In this document: positions 39,630-49,023 of the stretch, one piece after another | How the letters are laid out: each line of letters starts with the position of its first letter | How positions within the stretch are numbered: the stretch's first letter is position 1 | Source of the DNA: a virus | IMG/VR virus record: IMGVR_UViG_3300031951_006582 | Span: 8,299-72,298 of that record | Reading direction: 5' to 3' (one strand) | Length of the DNA stretch: 64,000 bases | The notes under the pieces: generated by a model | What the model was told of the DNA's origin: nothing | Databases searched by the model: none | Seen by the model: the letters and a program-made list of their open reading frames with translations, nothing else | Position numbers and translations under genes: made by a program

Positions 39630-42235
39630 GAGCAAAACAATTCGTACCTATTGTAGAAGCTCAGCAAGAGCTTTTTGAAGTAAATATGAGTCCCGGCAAC
39701 TTGAAGAAGCTTGCTAGCGGGATTGATGCCTTAGTAGGTATTGAATTTGAAATGATGGTTCCCGACGTTGGTTCTGTAGATGACGAGGATAGAGAACCAG
39801 AAGAGGATATGGATTACGATGAAGAAGCATATGATATTGAAGATATCGCTCGCTTCTTTAATGACGGTGGCTATAATGATCGCAGTACAATCAGAGACTT
39901 AGAAGAAGAACTAAGAGAAAAATTCTATGAATGGATAAGTGAACAAATAGACGAAGAATGGAATAATGAAGGTAGACAATACTTTGCACAGTGGGTCAAG
40001 GACAATATAGATCCTGATACTATTGCCGATCACGTAGACAAAGAAGAAGATTTATTTGGTAATAGAAATCCTGACGGATCAGACTGGGATCAGTTCATTG
40101 AAGATGAATGGGAAAAGAGCTTTGATAGCGGTAGTTACGAAAAGGCATACGATGAGTTCCGCGAAGAAAGACAAGATAGCGGCGACTTTGATGAAAGAGA
40201 CTTTCTAAGAGGAATCGGCATTCGTTATATGTCCGATGTTAATGATCATGTGAGAGAGTATGTTGCCTGGCCGCACTATACCTATTCTGACGGTGACAGT
40301 GAAATGAACCTTGAGAGTTTAGCAGATGAATTCTCAGATGCAATTGGTCGCAAAGTTCACTACAGTACAGGTTATCACGGCGGACCAAGAACAAATGACG
40401 CATATACTATTGAACCTGATAGCAGCTTGAGCGGATCAGGTGACGATGCTGGACTTGAGTTCATTAGTCCTCCATTGCCTATTGATGAAGCACTTGAAGA
40501 TGTTAAAAAGATCAAAGAATGGGCTGATGATAAGGGCGCATATACTAACAGAACAACTGGTCTGCATATGAACGTTAGCGTTCCTGGATTTAATCAAGAA
40601 AATCTAGACTTCGTTAAGCTGACATTGTTGCTTGGTGACAAGTATCTATTAGATAGATTTGGTCGTAGTGCAAATACTTACTGCAAGAGTGCTTTAGATA
40701 TTATTGAAGAAGCACCCAATGTACAGGATAAAGAACTTTTATTCAAGAGATTAAAAGACAATCTTGAAACTATAGCAAGTAAAGTCATTCACTCGGGTAG
40801 AGTAGGTAAGTTCACAAGTATCAACCCTAAAGACAATCGTGTTGAATTCAGAGGCCCGGGCGGTGATTGGCTTGGGCAAAACTTTGACAAGATTGAAGAT
40901 ACACTTTATCGTTGCGTAGTAGCACTTGATGCTGCGGTTGATCCTGACAAGTATCGTAAGGAATACTTGAAGAAGCTTACTAAGATGTTTGATCCTGCTA
41001 AGGGTTCATTAGAAGATGTGTTCGTGCAGTATGCAGCGGGTACTATCACTCGTCAAGAATTGAAGGAAAAGCTCAAGGCTACACAATCGCAAAGAAAGAA
41101 AGAAAAGCTTTCTAAAGAAGGCGTGGTTGAATTAGAATTCTATGAAGCACAGGACGGAGATTACATCATTGAATATGATAATCCAACTGGTGATAATCGC
41201 AGAATGTTCCTAAAGAAAACTGAACAAGTAAGTAATGATGATCAAGCATTAAAAGCTGCAATGAATATTGAGCCAAGCTGGTTCAAGCCAGATGACATTG
41301 AAAACATCGTTGTTACTGAGTATACAGGTAGAAAAGTATATAATGTGTTTGATAAGGAAGGTAATGTTGTTGGTACCTACAATGCAGTGACACCTTTACA
41401 AGCAATTGACATTACACTTAGCTACGATAATAGGCTACCTAAACAAGGATTGACTGCTAAGTTAGAAAGTGAGTCGCAGCCAGAACCACTTAGAATGGCT
41501 CCGGGTGAAACAGAGTTTGTTGTAGTGAATAATACGTTGGGTCAAAGAGTAAGCCTAGGTGCAAGAGATAGCGCAACTGCATTAAGCCGTGCATTGCGTA
41601 ACAACCCAAGCTGGGATTCATATGAGCATCTGATTAGAGTTCTCTCAGCAGAACCTCAAACCCAAGAGGAACCACAATATACCGGTTACCGTGTAGCTGG
41701 TTCAAATTCTGAAGAAATTATTGCTGCTAGATCACCTGGCGAAGCACAGCGTATTGCTATGCTACTATATCCTAACTTAGGTGATAACTTAAGTGTCTCT
41801 GCAACGACGATGAGTTCTGGCCTTGCCGCATCACGATACCAACGACATATGGAAGAGATAGCAAGAATGAATGACCGCTCAGCGGGAAGTTCAGAACCGA
41901 GAGAATTTTATGTTAGCAACAACAGATTTGGCGGTACAATTAGGGTTGAAGCCCCTGATGAGGCAGAAGCACTACACGCTGCTACTAGAGCCCGTCCTGA
42001 ATGGTCAATACGAGATTTGACAGCAACCGAAGTAGGCGGAAGATCAAATCAATCTAATAATGGATTGACAGCGGGACAGCCCGGCGAAGGTGAGCTTTAT
42101 CAAGTTACAGATGTAGGCGACACCGGGGGCGTAGTCATTCGTGCAACTAGTCCAGAACATGCTATTGAACGAGCTAGACAAGCACATCGCATAGACCCCT
42201 CAAGAGAATTAGAAGCAAGGCTATATAACGGTTGA
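39626..42235 (+). CDS. Putative amidoligase (COOH-NH2 ligase type 2) with acidic insert and C-terminal repeats
   Basis: VGIEFE, IEPDSSL, GLEFISPP, TGLHMNVS, RVEFRGPGG. Confidence 0.85.
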   Translation: MRAKQFVPIVEAQQELFEVNMSPGNLKKLASGIDALVGIEFEMMVPDVGSVDDEDREPEEDMDYDEEAYDIEDIARFFNDGGYNDRSTIRDLEEELREKFYEWISEQIDEEWNNEGRQYFAQWVKDNIDPDTIADHVDKEEDLFGNRNPDGSDWDQFIEDEWEKSFDSGSYEKAYDEFREERQDSGDFDERDFLRGIGIRYMSDVNDHVREYVAWPHYTYSDGDSEMNLESLADEFSDAIGRKVHYSTGYHGGPRTNDAYTIEPDSSLSGSGDDAGLEFISPPLPIDEALEDVKKIKEWADDKGAYTNRTTGLHMNVSVPGFNQENLDFVKLTLLLGDKYLLDRFGRSANTYCKSALDIIEEAPNVQDKELLFKRLKDNLETIASKVIHSGRVGKFTSINPKDNRVEFRGPGGDWLGQNFDKIEDTLYRCVVALDAAVDPDKYRKEYLKKLTKMFDPAKGSLEDVFVQYAAGTITRQELKEKLKATQSQRKKEKLSKEGVVELEFYEAQDGDYIIEYDNPTGDNRRMFLKKTEQVSNDDQALKAAMNIEPSWFKPDDIENIVVTEYTGRKVYNVFDKEGNVVGTYNAVTPLQAIDITLSYDNRLPKQGLTAKLESESQPEPLRMAPGETEFVVVNNTLGQRVSLGARDSATALSRALRNNPSWDSYEHLIRVLSAEPQTQEEPQYTGYRVAGSNSEEIIAARSPGEAQRIAMLLYPNLGDNLSVSATTMSSGLAASRYQRHMEEIARMNDRSAGSSEPREFYVSNNRFGGTIRVEAPDEAEALHAATRARPEWSIRDLTATEVGGRSNQSNNGLTAGQPGEGELYQVTDVGDTGGVVIRATSPEHAIERARQAHRIDPSRELEARLYNG

Positions 42236-42297
42236 CTTTGATTAGCCGATATGATAAAACAGTGATTCACTGATAAATACTACAAAGGTGATAGAAT

Positions 42298-42606
42298 ATG
42301 AAAATTAATGAACTGCTTAACGAATCGTTTGACAACGTTGAAGATCCAGATACTGACAAGGTTCCTAACATTGTCATGCAGATTCGCAAGAGCATGGACA
42401 CTGGCGGCAATCGCCCTATCGTCTTTCGTGATGGATCAAAGGCAGAAGTGCCAGTGAATGCAATGATTGCATTCTTGAATCGCTATGAAACTCTACGCCC
42501 AATGGATCGTGAAGAAATGCAGAATCTTGCTATTCAGAGCAAAGAAGCATTTGTAGACGTACTAAAGAGCTATAACAAACCTAGAGCACCTAAGAGTATC
42601 TACTAA
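42298..42606 (+). CDS. Small putative cargo protein
   Basis: MKINELLNE|S; late promoter at 42272-42279. Confidence 0.7.
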   Translation: MKINELLNESFDNVEDPDTDKVPNIVMQIRKSMDTGGNRPIVFRDGSKAEVPVNAMIAFLNRYETLRPMDREEMQNLAIQSKEAFVDVLKSYNKPRAPKSIY

Positions 42607-42613
42607 ATAATAG

Positions 42614-43318
42614 ATGATTTTACTTACAAACGGGTGTAGTTGGACTTGGGGCGGTGGCTTAGGACTTGACCACCCCAACCATAATCAACTACGATTTAAT
42701 TCAGTGTGGCCTTATCATTTAGGCAATCTAATCAACGCAGAAAAAACACACAACTTATCTATTGGCTGTGGGAGCAATCAGCGTATAGTGAGAACTACGA
42801 TTGATTGGGTACTATCTCAGACTAAAGAAGATTTAGCCAAAACAGTTGCAATCATCCAATGGACAGAACTATCCAGGTATGAGTTTTATTATCCTGCTGA
42901 TTATACTAATCATTATGAAAATAAGCATGATAGGTGGGTTAGATGTAAAATTGACTGCATACTAAATCAATATGATGATGATGAATCTGCTAAAAAGAAG
43001 TACAATGATCTAAGACTATCTACCTATACTGAAATTGAAGGCATGTATAGATTCGTTAGTGATCTTTTAGCAGTGGAAAATATACTTACTCAACATAACA
43101 TTCCTTACTATTTTTGGACTTATGATACTAGACTATTAGAAAGATTCCCTAAAGAAATCTATGAGTTTTGCAAGACTAAGTTCAATTGGCTAAACAGTAT
43201 TGACACCGAAGCATGGCAGTATGACTGTGTTTCCAATGAAGACCCTCATCCTAGCTTCTTAGGTCATAAGCAAATAGCACAGTTTTTAGCTGAACCCACA
43301 ACTAATACTTGTAGTTAA
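42614..43318 (+). CDS. SGNH/GDSL hydrolase-like protein
   Basis: NGCSWTWG, NLSIGCGSNQRI, QWT, DPHPSFLGH. Confidence 0.75.
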   Translation: MILLTNGCSWTWGGGLGLDHPNHNQLRFNSVWPYHLGNLINAEKTHNLSIGCGSNQRIVRTTIDWVLSQTKEDLAKTVAIIQWTELSRYEFYYPADYTNHYENKHDRWVRCKIDCILNQYDDDESAKKKYNDLRLSTYTEIEGMYRFVSDLLAVENILTQHNIPYYFWTYDTRLLERFPKEIYEFCKTKFNWLNSIDTEAWQYDCVSNEDPHPSFLGHKQIAQFLAEPTTNTCS

Positions 43319-43333
43319 TTTTTCCCCATAAGA

Positions 43334-43341
43334 GCTAAATA
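43334..43341 (+). promoter_or_regulatory. Late-promoter variant GCTAAATA heading the csg/FecR/cyclase operon
   Basis: Upstream of AAGGAG RBS and GTG 43372. Confidence 0.5.
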
Positions 43342-43371
43342 TTATTATAAAAATAATAATAAGGAGCTTTT

Positions 43372-43653
43372 GTGGGGGAATTTTTTAAACTCGTAGCCGA
43401 TGTGGGCTTTCCTATAGCTGCTGCATTAGCTGCAGGCTATTTCGTTTTCCTAACATTGAAATTTATTCTTGCAGGTGTTACTGGTAGTATCAGTGGCATG
43501 AAGGGTATTATCACGGCACTAGACAATCGTGTTAAGACAATGAATCACGATGTTATACGTATTGATACTGTTGTTAGTAACGCTTTAGGTCTTAGACCAG
43601 ACATTGATCGTATCTCAAGAGCAGACGGCAAAGATGATGCGAGAAAAGACTAA
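43372..43653 (+). CDS. Small membrane protein (TM + coiled coil), paralogue 1
   Basis: VADVGFPIAAA...LDNRVKTMNHDVIRID. Confidence 0.75.
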   Translation: MGEFFKLVADVGFPIAAALAAGYFVFLTLKFILAGVTGSISGMKGIITALDNRVKTMNHDVIRIDTVVSNALGLRPDIDRISRADGKDDARKD

Positions 43654-43955
43654 TGGAAGATATTGCTACCTTAATCAGTGAATACGGTTTCCCTATCATC
43701 GCCGCAGGCGGCATGGGATACTTTGTATACTATGTTTGGCAGTGGGCAACTGAAGAAGTTGATCCGGTATTAGGTGAAGCTAACGTGACATTGATTGGGT
43801 TGATTGATCGTATACGTATGCTTGATAATGACTTAATCCGCTTGAAGCAAAAGGTAGATACTGTTTTGCACTTGCGCGGTAAAACGATTGAATATGAAAG
43901 AGTGCAAGCAGAAGAAGAAATTAACAAAATCACAAAAGAAAAAGATGTAAACTAA
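43653..43955 (+). CDS. Small membrane protein (TM + coiled coil), paralogue 2
   Basis: ISEYGFPIIAA...LIDRIRMLDNDLIRL; TAATG coupling. Confidence 0.75.
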   Translation: MEDIATLISEYGFPIIAAGGMGYFVYYVWQWATEEVDPVLGEANVTLIGLIDRIRMLDNDLIRLKQKVDTVLHLRGKTIEYERVQAEEEINKITKEKDVN

Positions 43956-43966
43956 GGGGAAAACAA

Positions 43967-44410
43967 ATGTTGAAAAGAACAATCATACTGTCACTACTCT
44001 TAGCAAGCACACCTGCACATGCTACTGAAATTGTATTTCAATTTAAAAATCCATCGTTCTCTGGAAACAATGCCGGAGCGCAATGGTTAACGATTGAAAA
44101 TCAAGAGTTCAACCGCAAAAAAGACATTCAAGATAAAATTGAAGCGGACTTAAAAGCAAAGGCCCTTGAAGAAAAGAATTCTATCCTCAATCGCTTTATG
44201 AACAATTTACAATCTCGTATATATTCTCAGTTAGCACAGCAGTTGACTAACAATCTGTTTGGTGCAATGGGAGGACAATCCGGCGCATTCACGCTTGAAG
44301 GTAATCAAATCAAGTATGAGAAGACAGACACCGAAATTCGTCTTGTAATCACTGATGATGCTGGTAATGTTACAGAAATCATCATTCCAACTAGTGGATT
44401 TAAATGGTAA
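43967..44410 (+). CDS. csgF: Curli assembly protein CsgF
   Basis: Signal peptide AHA|TEIVFQFKNPSFSG matches the CsgF mature N-terminus; FMNNLQSRIYSQL. Confidence 0.9.
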   Translation: MLKRTIILSLLLASTPAHATEIVFQFKNPSFSGNNAGAQWLTIENQEFNRKKDIQDKIEADLKAKALEEKNSILNRFMNNLQSRIYSQLAQQLTNNLFGAMGGQSGAFTLEGNQIKYEKTDTEIRLVITDDAGNVTEIIIPTSGFKW

Positions 44411-45198
44411 TGAATTGGAAAATTTTAATATTACCCTTCTTATTGGGCGGATGCATGTCAAGTGGAGTTGGCGTCCTAAGTATGCAGGATACTCCGGCTG
44501 TTGTAAACACGCAGGTTAAAGAGTTGCAAAGCTTACCGCCGCCCGAGAGACAAGCTGTTGTTGCAGTATATGATTTTCCAGACTTGACCGGTCAGAGAAG
44601 GGATAGAGACGGCCTTGCAAGTATATCAACTGCTGTTACACAAGGTGGTACTCCATTGCTGATTTCTGCATTGAAAGAGGCAGGTGGAGGTACTTGGTTT
44701 AGGGTAGTTGAGCGCAACAGAGTTGATGACCTTGCAAAAGAGCGTCAAATTGTTAGACAGACTCGTGAAGAATATTTGGGTGAGGGCGCAAACAAGCTTG
44801 AACCAATGCTATTTGCAGGACTTATAATTCAAGGTGGCATCATTGGGTATGACACTAATATACAAACAGGTGGCGCAGGCGCAAGATATTTAGGCATCGG
44901 CGGCACAACTATGTACAGAAAAGATCAAGTTGTGGTAGCGTTAAGAGCAGTCAACACTAACACAGGAGAAGTGATTCTCAACGTACAAGTTTCAAAAACT
45001 GTATTGTCTGTAGGTAGAGACTTGTCACTCTTTAAGTTTGTAGATGTTGGCACAAAGTTAGTCGAAGCCGAAGCTGGTATGACTGAGAATGAAGCAAACA
45101 CAATGGCAGTCAAGATGGCTATCGAAGAAGCAGTTTTACAATTAATTAAACAAGGAATAGAGAAGGGATACTTTAGATACGGGGGAACGGGAGAATGA
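44404..45198 (+). CDS. csgG: Curli secretion channel lipoprotein CsgG
   Basis: Lipobox LLGGC; VAVYDFPDLTGQR, STAVTQG, WFRVVER, KERQIVR, GGIIGYDTN, GARYLGIG. Confidence 0.95.
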   Translation: MVMNWKILILPFLLGGCMSSGVGVLSMQDTPAVVNTQVKELQSLPPPERQAVVAVYDFPDLTGQRRDRDGLASISTAVTQGGTPLLISALKEAGGGTWFRVVERNRVDDLAKERQIVRQTREEYLGEGANKLEPMLFAGLIIQGGIIGYDTNIQTGGAGARYLGIGGTTMYRKDQVVVALRAVNTNTGEVILNVQVSKTVLSVGRDLSLFKFVDVGTKLVEAEAGMTENEANTMAVKMAIEEAVLQLIKQGIEKGYFRYGGTGE

Positions 45199-45890
45199 AG
45201 AATAAATTAATGCTTGCAGCAATGGCGATGCTTGCAAGTTCGGTAGCAATGGCTCAGTCAACTACCAACTCAATTTTTATTGAGCAAGTCGGTGATAGTA
45301 GTAATATTAGTATTACTCAGAAAGGTCAGAGTAACAAAGTTGGAACTGAACAGAATCGTGTAGTTCTTGAGGGAAATAGTCAAACAATAGCAGTAACCCA
45401 AGAAGGCAACAATAACTCTATTCAAGGTTCTATTGTTCAGGCTGATAACGTTGATATGGATGTTACGGTGACTGGAGACAATAATACCTTGACATATGAT
45501 CAAGGTGATGCAGCCAGCGTAGCCGGTTCTACTCAAACTTTAGCAGTTACTGGTGATTCAAACACCTTAACGTTCAATCAAGGTACTGCTGCGTCGGCTA
45601 CGAACGCAACACAAACTGTTACAATCACTGGTGATACTAACACACTTACATCTACTATAAACGCAGATGATGTTGTTAACACTAAGACAATCGCAGGTGA
45701 CGGTAATACTATTACTACAGTACAGGATGGTACTGCTGGAAAGAATATTGAAATGCTTCTTACCGGTAACACTAATACTGTTACAGTAAATCAAAAGAGT
45801 ACAACTAATGTTGACACGCTTAAGATCAATAGCACGAGCAACGGCAGCACTATTACTATTAATCAGTGTAACGCCGGCGGCCCATGCTAA
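45195..45890 (+). CDS. Curlin-like (CsgA/CsgB-like) repeat protein
   Basis: Signal peptide; NSIFIEQVGDS, ITQKGQSN, VTQEGNNN, TVTGDNN, TGDSN, TGDTN, AGDGN, TGNTN repeats. Confidence 0.8.
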   Translation: MKNKLMLAAMAMLASSVAMAQSTTNSIFIEQVGDSSNISITQKGQSNKVGTEQNRVVLEGNSQTIAVTQEGNNNSIQGSIVQADNVDMDVTVTGDNNTLTYDQGDAASVAGSTQTLAVTGDSNTLTFNQGTAASATNATQTVTITGDTNTLTSTINADDVVNTKTIAGDGNTITTVQDGTAGKNIEMLLTGNTNTVTVNQKSTTNVDTLKINSTSNGSTITINQCNAGGPC

Positions 45891-46896
45891 TATAGGTAAA
45901 GTTACGCAAAACAGAGGCGTAAGTGAGGTCGTGAAGAATTCGGCAAGAGTTCCTACACGACCTCAGTTACCTATTGCCAAAATGGATAGGGTGCAGACTG
46001 GCAACGGCAGAGTTGAAATTACATTCGTAGATGATTCTACTGTGCGAGTCACCGAACATTCCAGACTTGTGATTGATGATTTCGTTTATAGCGGTAGACC
46101 ATCTACTTCAAGAATGGCTCTTAGATTTGCATCTGGAACTGCAAGATTTGCAACCGGCAAGTCTGGCAAGATGAATAAAAACAATATCAACCTTAGAACA
46201 CCAACTGCGACTATCGCAGTGAGAGGTACAGACTTTGCAGCAACAGTAGATGACTTTGGCAAAAGCTTGATTGTCTTACTTCCAGAAGAAGATGGGTCAG
46301 TAGGCGAAATCACGGTAGCCAATGCTGCTGGATTTGTCGTTCTTAATAAAGCATTTCAGGCTACTATAGTATCGACGATGGATAGCAGACCTTCTCGCCC
46401 AGTTATATTGAATCTCACGCTTGATATGATTGATAATATGCTAATCATATCTCCAGCAGAAGAAGTTCGCACAGCCGAAGAGATTGCTGATGCCAGAACT
46501 AATCTATTAGATTTGACCGAACTTGATGTTGATTTTCTTGCAAGAGACGATTTAAAAGAAGACCAGTTAGCAAGTTCTGAACTTGATATTAATGCAATCA
46601 ATTCAGATTTCTTAGGAGAAGATTTTCTTGATGATCTGAGTACAGAAGAATGTATGACTAGAGACGGTGTCAAACTTTGCGGAACTACATTTGGTCTTAA
46701 TAACACTACTCAGATTACAACTATTATGTCAGGCGATTATCTACGCCTCGTCAGAACACTAAGTACTACAGTTGATATTGTTGTGAAGAAGGATTCAAAC
46801 AAAACCCTATTCATAGACAGTAATGGAAAATCATTCCTAATTGAAGTCAACGAACCAGCCGGAGGAACTATCATCAATGTTAAGCAAAGCGAGTAA
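45808..46896 (+). CDS. Secreted FecR-domain protein
   Basis: Signal peptide AHA|NIG; DRVQTGNGRVEITFVDDSTVRVTEHSRLVID, TPTATIAVRGTDF; acidic linker. Confidence 0.88.
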   Translation: MLTRLRSIARATAALLLLISVTPAAHANIGKVTQNRGVSEVVKNSARVPTRPQLPIAKMDRVQTGNGRVEITFVDDSTVRVTEHSRLVIDDFVYSGRPSTSRMALRFASGTARFATGKSGKMNKNNINLRTPTATIAVRGTDFAATVDDFGKSLIVLLPEEDGSVGEITVANAAGFVVLNKAFQATIVSTMDSRPSRPVILNLTLDMIDNMLIISPAEEVRTAEEIADARTNLLDLTELDVDFLARDDLKEDQLASSELDINAINSDFLGEDFLDDLSTEECMTRDGVKLCGTTFGLNNTTQITTIMSGDYLRLVRTLSTTVDIVVKKDSNKTLFIDSNGKSFLIEVNEPAGGTIINVKQSE

Positions 46897-48928
46897 AATT
46901 TTATTGTCACCCTGGTTAGCAGTAGCTACACTATTGTTATTGCTATCAGTGAAGTTGATGAATCCGTTCCTAGTTGATAGTATGAAACTAAAGTACTATG
47001 ACTATCTGATGCTTGGGGAACCAATCAAATCAGAACAGATTGTAGTTGCAAATATAGGGGAGAAAGCAATTGAAAAATATGGTCAATATCCGTTTCCAAG
47101 AGAGGTCCATGCTAAAATTATTAGCGACCTTTATAGCGGAGGGGCTGGCATTGTTGGTAGCACTATACTTATGCCTGAGCCTGATCGTTTGGGGACTGAC
47201 GGAGTTCTTGCGAATACACTAAAAGAATATCCGGTTGTATTAAGTCAAACACTTACTGATGATTGCGTTAAGGATAATCGTCTCCCTCGCCGCACAGGCG
47301 TTGCTGTAATTGGTGACGGACAACCCACTGATTTTCTTCCGAACTATCCATGTGTGCTTGATAACATTCCAGCACTTCAAGAGTCTGCCGCAGGCGTCGG
47401 GATAACGACTTCTCTTCCAGAGACGGACGGGGTAACCCGTCGAGTGCCTTTATTAGGGATTTCAAATGGCGAATACTATCCTGCGTTTTCTTTAGAACTT
47501 TTGAGAGTTGCTGCGGGAGATCCTTCATATCAAGCGAAGATAAATCAGACGGGTGTTGAAGCATTGCGTGTTCCTCAGTTTGGTACGATTAATACAGATG
47601 AATATGGGCGTGTCTTTATCAATCCGAACTACCAGTTTTCTTCTGTAGAAATCGGCGAGACAATTCCTGATCTGACTGGTAAGATAGTGATATTAGGCGT
47701 AACTGCTGACGGAGTTGCGAATCCTGTAGCGACTCCATCAGGTGCGCAATATCCCCACACCCTTCAGGCGAGTATGCTTGAGACTCTAATAGCTGGGGAG
47801 ACTGTATCAATTCCGAATTGGGTAGGTCTTGTTGATCTTCTTGCATTCGTCGTCCTTTCACTATTGATAATTTTGTTATCACGGGTACGATATTCAATCG
47901 TTTGGATCGGAATATTAATAGCCGGTTATATTTATGCTCCGATGTATCTATTTACCCATAACAAGATACTATTTGATATTTCTTTCAACGTTTTGGCTGC
48001 ATTAGTAATCTATCTGCACATCTACACTGTTAAGTTTATCAGTGAGTATCTACAGAAGCAACAGATTAAGAAGCAGTTTGGTACATATCTAAGTCCAGAC
48101 TTAGTTGCACAACTACAGCGTCAACCAGAACTATTGAAGCTTGGTGGTACAGAACAAGAATTGTCAATCATGTTTACTGATGTTCGCGGATTCACAACTA
48201 TCTCTGAACACTATGGTAAAGATGTTCAAGGCTTGACAAGCATCATGAATCGTTATATGACTGCTATGACCAAAGCAATTCTTGAGAACAAAGGTACGCT
48301 TGATAAGTATATAGGTGATGCTCAAATGGCGTTTTGGAATGCTCCGGTAAACAACGAACAGCACGCCAAAGACGCAGTTAGAACAGCATTCACAATGCTC
48401 AATTCATTAGAGGAATTCAATAATGAGATTAAAAAAGAAGGCATCCCAGCTTTTGGAATGGGCCTCGGTATTAATACTGATACTGTGGTTGTCGGTAATA
48501 TGGGTAGCACTCAGCGTTTCGACTATACTTGTCTTGGTGACGGGGTCAATCTTGCAGCTAGGCTCGAAGGTCAATCAAAGCCTTACGGCGTTAAGATTGT
48601 CATTGGACCAAAGACTGCCTATTATGTTAAGGATGAATACCAAATCGTAGAACTTGATTTGATTGCAGTTAAGGGTAAGACTGAGCCTGCTAGAATATTT
48701 ACTGTGTTCCCCTTCCACGACATATTGGCCGAGACACAGCATATGAAATTCCTAGAACTATATCGTCAAGGTCATTGGGAAGCTGCTGAAAAGTATGCAA
48801 GTGATCTAAAGAAGTGCTGGAGAGGTGAAATGGACCAGTATTACGATATGATGATTGAAAGAATTCAAGAATTCAGAAACAATCCTCCCGCTAAGTGGGA
48901 TGGGGTGTACAGGGCAACTTCAAAGTAA
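46877..48928 (+). CDS. CHASE2-domain class III adenylate cyclase
   Basis: N-terminal TM, GQYPFPR and DGVTRRVPL CHASE2 motifs, 3 TM, then FTDVRGFT, DKYIGDA, DYTCLGDGVNLAARLE, VKGK. Confidence 0.95.
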   Translation: MLSKASKILLSPWLAVATLLLLLSVKLMNPFLVDSMKLKYYDYLMLGEPIKSEQIVVANIGEKAIEKYGQYPFPREVHAKIISDLYSGGAGIVGSTILMPEPDRLGTDGVLANTLKEYPVVLSQTLTDDCVKDNRLPRRTGVAVIGDGQPTDFLPNYPCVLDNIPALQESAAGVGITTSLPETDGVTRRVPLLGISNGEYYPAFSLELLRVAAGDPSYQAKINQTGVEALRVPQFGTINTDEYGRVFINPNYQFSSVEIGETIPDLTGKIVILGVTADGVANPVATPSGAQYPHTLQASMLETLIAGETVSIPNWVGLVDLLAFVVLSLLIILLSRVRYSIVWIGILIAGYIYAPMYLFTHNKILFDISFNVLAALVIYLHIYTVKFISEYLQKQQIKKQFGTYLSPDLVAQLQRQPELLKLGGTEQELSIMFTDVRGFTTISEHYGKDVQGLTSIMNRYMTAMTKAILENKGTLDKYIGDAQMAFWNAPVNNEQHAKDAVRTAFTMLNSLEEFNNEIKKEGIPAFGMGLGINTDTVVVGNMGSTQRFDYTCLGDGVNLAARLEGQSKPYGVKIVIGPKTAYYVKDEYQIVELDLIAVKGKTEPARIFTVFPFHDILAETQHMKFLELYRQGHWEAAEKYASDLKKCWRGEMDQYYDMMIERIQEFRNNPPAKWDGVYRATSK

Positions 48929-49023
48929 GTTACCCAATATTTTTGACACAGACACATATATGTTGTAAATATAAGACTGACAGTAAAATGTCAGACTTTC
49001 AAACTTAAAGGAAAAAATAAAGT

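Noticed and set aside
43967-45890. Cellular contamination or a canonical bacterial curli locus
   Set aside because: Same composition as flanks, phage late-type promoter, no csgC/D/E, and phage genes on both sides
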